Below, piece by piece: positions 27,799 through 36,237 of a stretch of DNA of 64,000 bases. This DNA comes from Cenarchaeum sp. (GTDB lineage Archaea > Thermoproteota > Nitrososphaeria > Nitrososphaerales > Nitrosopumilaceae): contig OY843768.1 in assembly GCA_963693095.2 (NCBI GenBank), positions 1,792,001 through 1,856,000 of the forward strand. Reading direction: 5' to 3'. The first letter of the stretch is position 1. Every line of letters starts with the position of its first letter. The notes under the pieces are model-generated. The model searched no databases. It saw only the letters and a list, made by a program, of their open reading frames with translations, and had not been told where the DNA came from. The position numbers and the translations under genes were made by a program.

Positions 27799-30285
27799 GT
27801 GATCGCGCGCTGGCTGTGCATTCTCCCCGTGGCAGTAGCCGTCATGCTGCTCGCCGCTCTCCCCCCAGACGCTGACGCCGAGTCCACGAGGCTCACGCTC
27901 GACTCTGTCCCGCGCCTAGTCGTCGGCGAGTATGCGACGTTTACTGGCTCACTCGAGGACTCTTCAGGCTGGCCTGTGGGCGGCGCGACAATTGACATAA
28001 AGGATGATGATCCATGGCTAGATGACTATATCGCAACTGTTCGCACCGGCTCGGACGGGCGATTTTCTGCAAAGGTGGTCGTAAAAGACTGGGACGAGCA
28101 CGGGGGCGCAACTGACATTTACGCCGTCTTTGAGGGCGCAGGCGGGTTTTCAAAGTCGCGCAGCGCGACGCAGGAGGCACACGTGCGTTCAGGCGGCTCA
28201 CATGCTGACGCGTACGCGTCTCCCAGAAAATCGTCGACTTTTCTCACGCTGGGCTCGAGCTCTGACTCTGTCTATGCGGGTGACACGATAACGTTCTATG
28301 GCCAGCTTCACGCTGCCGGCAGTCCGGTCCAGGGCGTGACTGTGCATATCAAGGAGGACGATCCCTTTTTGCGTGATGAGCTCCTCGCGACTGCGACTAC
28401 TGACGATCGTGGGAGGTACTCTGTGGCCTGGCGCGCGACTGCGGCAACGCTAGAGATTGACTTTGACGTCTATGCCGTCTTTGAGGGCTCTGCGGACCAC
28501 CAGCGCTCGACATCATCTGTGCTCACGCTTCCGGTCATAAAGCACTCTGGCAAGATCACGCTCAACCCGCTCCCGCAGAACGTCCGCGTCGGCGAGTTTG
28601 TCACCTTTTCAGGACACCTGGTCCTTCCGGGCGTCGAGACTACCAACATAATCGTGTATGTCATGGACGAGGATGCGCTCAACCCCGACGACCTCCTGGC
28701 CACGGCATATGTGGATCGTGACGGGGCGTACGCGGTGTCGTGGACCGCGCGCGATGTCGACGCAGACGGGATTGCCGATATCTATGCCGTCTTTGAGGGT
28801 GATGACACGCACTATCGCCTGACGACGTGCGATGACGGGCCCACGCGCTTCTTTGGCGGGTCGTGCCGCGACACGGCAGACCTTGCGATCCTGCCGGCCC
28901 GCCAGCACGTCCCGCCGGGGCCTCCGGGGGACGGGTATGTGGATCTAGACTATTCGATCTCCTTTACGGGCAGGCCGACGGTGGCCATCTCGCCTAGCCC
29001 CGACTCTTACGAGACGGTTCGCCGCCATATCGTTCCGGCCCGGGAAGGCCTAGAGATGCTCTCGGCCGAGCTTGCCTCAAGGCATGGTGGTGACTGGCGC
29101 CTAGATTACGAGATCCTTGAAAAGGGCAAATGGAGAGCCGACTCGCGCGCAGATATCGTGGTCAATATCATCACGGGCCATGAGAGCCGCGACTGCAACG
29201 AGTCCTTTGGGTGGGCGCCGGGCGCTCCCGAGTCGCTTCCGATCCAGCTCCATGTCTGCTCGACGTATGGGCAGGAGGTTCGGCGCGACGCTGATGTGAT
29301 GCGGACCACGACGCACGAGTTTATCCATGGCGTGGGACTGGGCCATGTCTTTAACATACGCGGCGACATGATGTGCAGCGTCGAGAATGGGCGCGCGACG
29401 TGCCCCGGCCTGGATGACAGGGAGCCGCGCCCCTCGGGCCTCGTTCTTGACGCGCTGGCCTCAGTCTACGGGCGCGACGGGTATGTGGTGCCCAACAGTG
29501 GCGTCACTGCGGAATACTTTGCCCCCGATGATGCGCGCCTATTGGCCGCACAGGACGTGACCGGGGCGCCTGTGCGGGATCCTGGTGAAGGCAGGTTTGT
29601 CCTTGCAGCCGTGCCGACGCTCACATTTGCGGCCCATGCGTCTTATGTCGAGAACATGGGATATTTTGACGCCGAGGTCGAGTTTCTGAACGAGACGTTT
29701 GCCATCCCGCATGACATTATCGTGCGCCTGCAAGAGTGCGGCGAGTCGCTCTCTGCATATGATGCCGAGCTGAGCATGATTCGCGTATGCTATGAGCGCG
29801 TGGCCGCCTATGTGAACGCGGCACAGGGCCTGGGGTATGGTGATGATGACACGTACTCGTATGTGCTCAACAATCTCGACTATGCGCTATACCAGGGCCT
29901 GGGCCATGCCATGGCCGACGTGCATGGCTTGTCAAGCTCGGAGCATGATGACCACATGGCCGACGGCTTTGCCTCTTATGTCATGCTCACGTTTCATGAC
30001 GATCTCAGTGTTGGGCAGGACAAGCTGTATGATGCGGCCACGCAGCTCTATGTGCAGTCCGGTCCGGACCACGGGACTGCTGCGTCTCGCGCGCACGACC
30101 TCAACCGCTTTCACCGGCTCACGTGCTATGCGTACGGGCAGGACACGTCGGCCCACGCGTACCTTGTGACCGAAGGGTGGCTTCCTACTAGGCTGGCCGG
30201 CTCTTGTGCCTCGATGCATGACCTGTTGGTTGCGGCGTGGGATTCCAAGCTGGATGGGCATATGCGTGACGCGTCACGATCCTGA
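27799..30285 (+). CDS. secreted Ig-like-repeat metzincin metalloprotease with C-terminal DUF4344-like domain
   Basis: Signal peptide ending ADA, three repeats ending D(I/V)YAVFEG, HEFIHGVGLGH with Met-turn DMMC, and RFHRLTCYAYG. GTG start assigned by paralogy. Confidence 0.8.
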   Translation: MIARWLCILPVAVAVMLLAALPPDADAESTRLTLDSVPRLVVGEYATFTGSLEDSSGWPVGGATIDIKDDDPWLDDYIATVRTGSDGRFSAKVVVKDWDEHGGATDIYAVFEGAGGFSKSRSATQEAHVRSGGSHADAYASPRKSSTFLTLGSSSDSVYAGDTITFYGQLHAAGSPVQGVTVHIKEDDPFLRDELLATATTDDRGRYSVAWRATAATLEIDFDVYAVFEGSADHQRSTSSVLTLPVIKHSGKITLNPLPQNVRVGEFVTFSGHLVLPGVETTNIIVYVMDEDALNPDDLLATAYVDRDGAYAVSWTARDVDADGIADIYAVFEGDDTHYRLTTCDDGPTRFFGGSCRDTADLAILPARQHVPPGPPGDGYVDLDYSISFTGRPTVAISPSPDSYETVRRHIVPAREGLEMLSAELASRHGGDWRLDYEILEKGKWRADSRADIVVNIITGHESRDCNESFGWAPGAPESLPIQLHVCSTYGQEVRRDADVMRTTTHEFIHGVGLGHVFNIRGDMMCSVENGRATCPGLDDREPRPSGLVLDALASVYGRDGYVVPNSGVTAEYFAPDDARLLAAQDVTGAPVRDPGEGRFVLAAVPTLTFAAHASYVENMGYFDAEVEFLNETFAIPHDIIVRLQECGESLSAYDAELSMIRVCYERVAAYVNAAQGLGYGDDDTYSYVLNNLDYALYQGLGHAMADVHGLSSSEHDDHMADGFASYVMLTFHDDLSVGQDKLYDAATQLYVQSGPDHGTAASRAHDLNRFHRLTCYAYGQDTSAHAYLVTEGWLPTRLAGSCASMHDLLVAAWDSKLDGHMRDASRS

Positions 30286-30450
30286 TAATTCTAGCGTGAT
30301 TTCACTTTATGCGGTTGGGGTTTGGCATTATGGCCTTGATTCACAAAGTTTGTTCGTCACCATTGCCATACTCACTACCTTGCACCATTCGATTTTCCTA
30401 TTGGTTGCACAAGCTGTAGATGTTGTTTTGATTGAATAATGCTTGTGACA

Positions 30451-31353
30451 CTATCGTGAGCTTAGTCTCTCAAAATAATCGTTATTTACTCTCTTTCTCT
30501 TGTAGGTTTCTTCCTCGCTTACGCCCACATCGTGCTCGATCATGAGATCTATTAACTCGTTCCCATTAATAAGCTCTATCCTTTTTTCACTGTCTTTTGC
30601 TGCGTTCCTTGCCTCGGCTGTAAAATCTGATAATGTTACAAATACACCACGGCTTGCTTTCTTTCCACTTAGTGCTCCTGCAAAACTCCTGACTTGTTCT
30701 GGTCCGATCTTTCCCTTGCTAAATTGTTTGACCTGACAATATGTTGCATCTAATCCCAGTTTGTCACGTTTAATTTCTATGTCCACTCCTCCATCGTTAG
30801 ATCTTCCGACTCTAGTCACATCACCATAACCTAATTTTTTAAAGACGTCACCGACTATTGTTTCAAAATTTGTGGACGTAATGCTCTTATTTGTCATTTT
30901 CTCTCGCAAATCATTCACTAGTATTTTGTGCAGCTGGTCAATTTTTTGTCTAATAAGTTCTGCCGGTGTTTGTTTTGATTTTGGAAATTCAGGCTCATCA
31001 TCTTTTATGATTTTAGGATATTTTTTGAGAAATTTCAATTCAAGCTTCTTGGGTGGATTATCCAACAGCTTTTTTCCAATATCTGTAATTTTGAATTTGG
31101 TTGTTCTCGCCTCGATTAGCTTGTGATTTTTGAGGTGATATTTTGCCCATGTCAGACGATGGTATAAAATCCGCTGTCCGTTGGCTGTGGTGGCTGTGCG
31201 TTCTTCTCCCCCAATCCCCATCTCTCCGACTAGTGCTTTCTCCACTTCAGAATATTTGTACTCTCTTCCGCCCTTGATGATTATTAGAACAGGCAACATC
31301 ATATCTTCAAATGTGGGCATATTGGAATCCAACACCGCCGCCCCACTTGACAC
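30451..31353 (-). CDS. mrr: Mrr-family type IV restriction endonuclease
   Basis: Mrr N-terminal motif (MMLPVL...RLTWAKYHL), FETIV, DGGVD, CQVKQF, GVFVT and LINGNEL. The start may be ATG 31320. Confidence 0.9.
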   Translation of the reverse strand: MSSGAAVLDSNMPTFEDMMLPVLIIIKGGREYKYSEVEKALVGEMGIGGEERTATTANGQRILYHRLTWAKYHLKNHKLIEARTTKFKITDIGKKLLDNPPKKLELKFLKKYPKIIKDDEPEFPKSKQTPAELIRQKIDQLHKILVNDLREKMTNKSITSTNFETIVGDVFKKLGYGDVTRVGRSNDGGVDIEIKRDKLGLDATYCQVKQFSKGKIGPEQVRSFAGALSGKKASRGVFVTLSDFTAEARNAAKDSEKRIELINGNELIDLMIEHDVGVSEEETYKRKRVNNDYFERLSSR

Positions 31354-31556
31354 CGGTATATATTTTGAGCATTTCTTGGCATCGTTCTGTCACCCGTATC
31401 GGGTCTGGTACTGTTGATCTCTTCTGTGCTACGCAGCCGCAACACGCCGATTATACTGGGAATACTTGGATAGATTATACAAATCGACCGGATGGGCACC
31501 TATGAGCACACTGCCGAACATCAGGACTTTTTAGTTACCCCGCCGCGCCCATCGAC

Positions 31557-34100
31557 GTGATCGCGCGCTGGTTAGGCATTATTCCCACGGTAATGTCAAT
31601 CGTGCTCTTCACCATTGTCCCCATGGAGGCTGACGCCGAGTCTACGAGCCTCCGCCTCGACCCAGTCCCACGCCTTGCAATCGGCGAGTATGCGACGTTT
31701 ACGGGATCACTTGTGGACTCATCGGGCAGGCCAGTGGCCGGTGCCGAGATTGACATAAAGGATGACGACTTTGGGCCAGATGACTATATCGCAACCGTTC
31801 GCACCGGCTCGGACGGCCGCTTTTCGGCCAGGGTTGTCGTGAAAGACTGGGATCAGTGGGGAGGCGCGACTGACATTTACGCAGTATTTGAGGGCGCAAG
31901 CGGGTTTTCAAAGTCGCGTAGCGCAACGCAGGAGGCATACGTAAGTTCACACGGCACCGGAGGATCGTCCGGAGGGTCACCATCTGGGGGATACTATTCA
32001 GGCGGCTCGCCTCCTGACGCATACATACCTGCAGCAAAGTCATCCACTGGCCTCACGCTACGTTTTAGTGCCAATTCTGTGTATGCTGGCGAGACGATCA
32101 CGTTCTCCGGCCAGCTCACGTCCGGAGGTCGGTCACTCTCAGGGGCGACGATCCACATCAAAGAGGACGATCCCGCATGGCGTGATGAGTTCCTTGCAAC
32201 CACCACGACTGATTCGCAAGGACGCTATTCTGTGACCTGGCGCGCGTCTGCTGCGACATTTGAGACTGACTTTGACGTGTATGCTGTCTTTGAGGGCTCA
32301 TCAGACTATTTGAGGTCGACGTCTGACCGGTATACGCTTCCCGTCCTAAAGCGTTCAGGCACAATCACGATGGATACGCTGCCACGCAGCGTCCATATTG
32401 GTGAGCTAGTGACCTTTTCGGGACACCTGCGCCTTCCTGGAGTGGACACGACGAACATCCTGGTGTATATCATGGACGAGGACTTTGGCGGCCCCGATGA
32501 CCTCCTTGCGACTGCATATGTGGAGAGTGATGGGAGCTATTCGGTCAGCTGGGTTGCGCGCAAGGTCGACTCTGACAATGTTGCCGACATTTATGCCGTC
32601 TTTGAGGGTGATGCAACGCACTATCGCCTGACGACATGCGATGACGGACCCACGCGCTCCTTTGGTGGATGGTGCAGTGACACGGTAAAGCTCTCGATCC
32701 TTGCAGAGCGGCCACGCGTGAAGCCTGACCCGCCGGGAGGCCAATACATGGAGCTGACCTATTCGCTTGACTTTATGTCTAGGCCGACAGTTGCCATATC
32801 GCCAAGTCGCGACTCGTATGACGTCGTTCGCCACCACATAACTCCTGCCAGGGCGGGTCTTGAGGCGCTCTCTTCGGAGCTTTCCGCGCGCCACGGAGGC
32901 GACTGGCTCCTGAACTATGAGGTTCTGGAAAAGGGCAAGTGGAGAGCCAACTCAAGGGCTGACGTTGTGGTCAACCTCATCACGGGTTATGATGACGACT
33001 ATTGCAATGACGTGCTTGGGTGGGCTCCGGGCATTCGCGAGTCGCGTCCAATCCAGGTATACGTCTGCTCCACGTCGGGGCAGACGGCGCACTCCAACGC
33101 AGAGGTTATGCTGACTGCCACACACGAGTTTATTCATGCGATTGGGTTGGGACACGTGTTTAACAAGAAAAACGACATGATGTGCAGCGTCGAGGACGGC
33201 GTGCCTACATGCCCTCCCTCATACAACGAGGAACCCAGACCATCGAGCCTAGTGCTAGACGCAATCGCCGAGGTATATGGGCGCGATGGTTTTGTCGTTC
33301 CCAACAAAGGTGTCACTAACACGTATTTTGCAATATGGGACGGACGCACCTCTCCGACCACGCAGGGCGGGACACAGGCGGTTCCGACTATACGGGGTCT
33401 TGCTGACGGTGGCCGACTTGTACTTGAGACGGTACCCACACGCACGTTCTCCGAGCATGCCTCGTATGTTGAGAGCTTTGGATATTTTGGCCCCGAGCTT
33501 GAGTTCCTGAACGACACGTTCATCCTGCCCCACGATATTACCGTGAGCCTGCGGGAGTGCGGCGGAACGACCTCTTCGTATGACCAAGCATCGAGGACGA
33601 TTCTCATATGCTACGAGCGCGTGGCCGACTATGTGGATGTCACATACGAGCTAGATTTTGACGCTGATGATAGCTATGCGTATGTATTCAACAATGTCGA
33701 CTTTGAGCTGTACCGTGGCCTTGCCTATGCGCTATCTCACGTGCACGATCTGCCGACTTTTGGATATGGTGTCCACATGGCGGACAGCTTTGCTGCATAT
33801 GTCATGCTCACGTTTTACGATGATCCGACTATCGGCCAGGATATAGTGTATGACGCATCCACGCAGCTGTATGCCCAAAGCGAGTATGGCGAAGGCAACA
33901 CCGCATCCCATGCGTACGACCTCGAACGATTTCACAGGATCACGTGCTATGCGTACGGGCAGGACACAGAGTCCAACGCGTACCTTGTAACCGAGGGCTG
34001 GCTCCCCGAAAATATCAGCAGATCCTGCTCCTTGACGTATGCTAGGATGGTCGATATATGGGACACTGCGCTGTCAGGATACATGCATCCAATAGCATAA
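31557..34100 (+). CDS. secreted Ig-like-repeat metzincin metalloprotease, paralog of 27799
   Basis: Same architecture, with HEFIHAIGLGH...DMMC and a Gly/Ser linker. Confidence 0.8.
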   Translation: MIARWLGIIPTVMSIVLFTIVPMEADAESTSLRLDPVPRLAIGEYATFTGSLVDSSGRPVAGAEIDIKDDDFGPDDYIATVRTGSDGRFSARVVVKDWDQWGGATDIYAVFEGASGFSKSRSATQEAYVSSHGTGGSSGGSPSGGYYSGGSPPDAYIPAAKSSTGLTLRFSANSVYAGETITFSGQLTSGGRSLSGATIHIKEDDPAWRDEFLATTTTDSQGRYSVTWRASAATFETDFDVYAVFEGSSDYLRSTSDRYTLPVLKRSGTITMDTLPRSVHIGELVTFSGHLRLPGVDTTNILVYIMDEDFGGPDDLLATAYVESDGSYSVSWVARKVDSDNVADIYAVFEGDATHYRLTTCDDGPTRSFGGWCSDTVKLSILAERPRVKPDPPGGQYMELTYSLDFMSRPTVAISPSRDSYDVVRHHITPARAGLEALSSELSARHGGDWLLNYEVLEKGKWRANSRADVVVNLITGYDDDYCNDVLGWAPGIRESRPIQVYVCSTSGQTAHSNAEVMLTATHEFIHAIGLGHVFNKKNDMMCSVEDGVPTCPPSYNEEPRPSSLVLDAIAEVYGRDGFVVPNKGVTNTYFAIWDGRTSPTTQGGTQAVPTIRGLADGGRLVLETVPTRTFSEHASYVESFGYFGPELEFLNDTFILPHDITVSLRECGGTTSSYDQASRTILICYERVADYVDVTYELDFDADDSYAYVFNNVDFELYRGLAYALSHVHDLPTFGYGVHMADSFAAYVMLTFYDDPTIGQDIVYDASTQLYAQSEYGEGNTASHAYDLERFHRITCYAYGQDTESNAYLVTEGWLPENISRSCSLTYARMVDIWDTALSGYMHPIA

Positions 34101-34193
34101 TTTTGAAAACTTGTGTGTGATGATCGTTTTTCATTACCGTCAGATCTTCTATGAACGTCCCTCGACTAGAATAGCATCATGCTGGGAGGAAGG

Positions 34194-35387
34194 TCATCTA
34201 TCCGACGTGCGTATGTGCTCGAGTGAGCTTACAGCCAGCTCTAGCGCCTTGCGCACATTCGAGCTGTCTATGCGTAGCCTGCACTCTGACTTGCGGGACA
34301 GGACAAACGGCTTTAGCCGCCTTGCCCCCTTCGGGAGTGTGGCGTTCTCTGGGGCCAGAAAGACTAGGTCAAGCCACCCCTTTCCCACGGCCAGCGCGGC
34401 AAACGCACGTTTTCTTGACTCCTCGCCATCACAAAAGTACAACCATGCTGACTCGAATGTAACAGCACCCGTCTCAGCTATATCATTTGCAACTGATCTG
34501 GCCAATGAGCGCACTGGTGGGTTTGCGCGATTCAGTGATCCAGACCAAGTTGCAGGTTTACGGCCTGCGTTATTCCAGCTCTTCCTGGGCTTGACCGCGT
34601 CGACCTCCGTCTTTTTCTTGGACGCATAGCCCATAGCTAGGCAACTGAGCCTGTCTGTAATTATGGGCATAGTTTTTTCCAATTCTTCATAAAAATCACC
34701 CTCTTCGAATCCTAACACGCACACATTTCTCTTTTTATTGTCTAAAGTCCAGTCAATATTCTCAAACGATTCTATCATTACTCGTTCTATGTTTTTGCGA
34801 ATATTATCGCTGCTGAACCGCTCTGCGGTTAATATTGCTGCATATGCAAATTCCTTGTGCTTTGTCCACATGCCAATTCGAACTAGAGCTTCGCTTGTTT
34901 CACCAATATACACTTTTTTGTCTTCTGGGTTTACAATTAACACATATACACACGGGAAATTATCCTTTGAAAATCTTTTTGAGAATACTTTTTCTAGAGC
35001 TTCCCTGAGTGCAGTTTTACGGCAAAATATGCCCTCTATTCGGTCATTTATTTTGAGGTGATAATATCCGCCCCCACTAATGTCTACAAACTTTTCGGTA
35101 TATTGGTATGGTATGGGACGAATATCGGCATTTTGCCTTTCGGCATCTTGGCTTGTAATATTCATCGTTGGCTTGTGTGTATTCTTTAGTTCATACACTC
35201 CTGCTGACACGCGTACAAATCTGCCGGGAGCTTTTATCATGTATGCCCCTACCGTGGATGACGGGGTCTTGCCACCAAGTTTTGCCAACTTGCGCTTCTG
35301 AATCACCTCTGTGATGTCTTTACAGTTTGAGGCCCCTCGTTCTTTGAGAACCGCCACTATTGCGTCTTCGAGTTTCATCTGTTTCAC
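34194..35387 (-). CDS. HARE-HTH + GIY-YIG nuclease + C-terminal DUF5655-like fusion
   Basis: AIVAVLKE...GKTPSSTV (HARE-HTH) and CVYVL...VYIGET...R (GIY-YIG). Confidence 0.7.
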   Translation of the reverse strand: MKQMKLEDAIVAVLKERGASNCKDITEVIQKRKLAKLGGKTPSSTVGAYMIKAPGRFVRVSAGVYELKNTHKPTMNITSQDAERQNADIRPIPYQYTEKFVDISGGGYYHLKINDRIEGIFCRKTALREALEKVFSKRFSKDNFPCVYVLIVNPEDKKVYIGETSEALVRIGMWTKHKEFAYAAILTAERFSSDNIRKNIERVMIESFENIDWTLDNKKRNVCVLGFEEGDFYEELEKTMPIITDRLSCLAMGYASKKKTEVDAVKPRKSWNNAGRKPATWSGSLNRANPPVRSLARSVANDIAETGAVTFESAWLYFCDGEESRKRAFAALAVGKGWLDLVFLAPENATLPKGARRLKPFVLSRKSECRLRIDSSNVRKALELAVSSLEHIRTSDR

Positions 35388-35555
35388 AATGCCTAGGCAT
35401 AATACTAATAAATCTGCCGCTTGGTGCTACATATAATCTATGGCTGAAACACCACGCACAGCTCACACGGTGGCTTTTCGCCGGATCGGGTCATACAACA
35501 TAGATTATACATAGGAAAAGTTTGCTGTTGCCTCTACACGTACAACCAAATGCTC

Positions 35556-36218
35556 TCACGTGCTGATTGCATATTTGTCAAGTTCGGTTCTTGATTTTGA
35601 AACTTGCGGATAACATTGTGCAACCAGACTCCAGTAGCGTTTTGAATGATTTCTAATTTTTATGTGACATAGCTCGTGCACAATTACATAATCTATGAGG
35701 TGTCGTGGAAGTGCAAGAAGTTTTGCATTTAGGTTGATAGTGTGGTTTTTAGTTGCGCTACCCCATCGACTTTTATGTTTTTTAATATTGATCTGACTTG
35801 GTTTTATTCCAATTTTCTTGCTGATTATGGATGTTCTTTGTGGGAGATATGTTTGTGCTTTTTTATAAATCCAATCTTGGTAGTATTGTTCGATCAATCG
35901 TGATGTAATTTTATTCTTTGATGTTCTATACATAAATTGTCTGTTTTTAAATTCAAACATATCTTCTCCAGCACAAATGTGTATGGGATATTGATGTCCA
36001 AGATATGATTTAAATTTGATAGATCCTTGTTGGTTTTTGTCTAAGCTATTTTGTATTGTTTTGTATTTTTTTGTAATGCGTGGATTCAGCTTCACGATCA
36101 TATCTCTAATCTCACGTTCAGATTTCGTCGCCGGGACTATAACACGTATTTCATTATGGCTTATCTGAACCTCTGATGTCATTTTGCGTTTGGTCTTTAT
36201 AATTGTGCATTTGACCAT
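35556..36218 (-). CDS. YgjP/DUF45 zinc metallopeptidase-like protein linked to Type I R-M
   Basis: SRWGS, DYVIVHELCH and NHSKRYW motifs. Lies directly downstream of hsdR. Confidence 0.88.
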   Translation of the reverse strand: MVKCTIIKTKRKMTSEVQISHNEIRVIVPATKSEREIRDMIVKLNPRITKKYKTIQNSLDKNQQGSIKFKSYLGHQYPIHICAGEDMFEFKNRQFMYRTSKNKITSRLIEQYYQDWIYKKAQTYLPQRTSIISKKIGIKPSQINIKKHKSRWGSATKNHTINLNAKLLALPRHLIDYVIVHELCHIKIRNHSKRYWSLVAQCYPQVSKSRTELDKYAIST

Positions 36219-36237
36219 ACGGTTGTTTAAGTTAATG

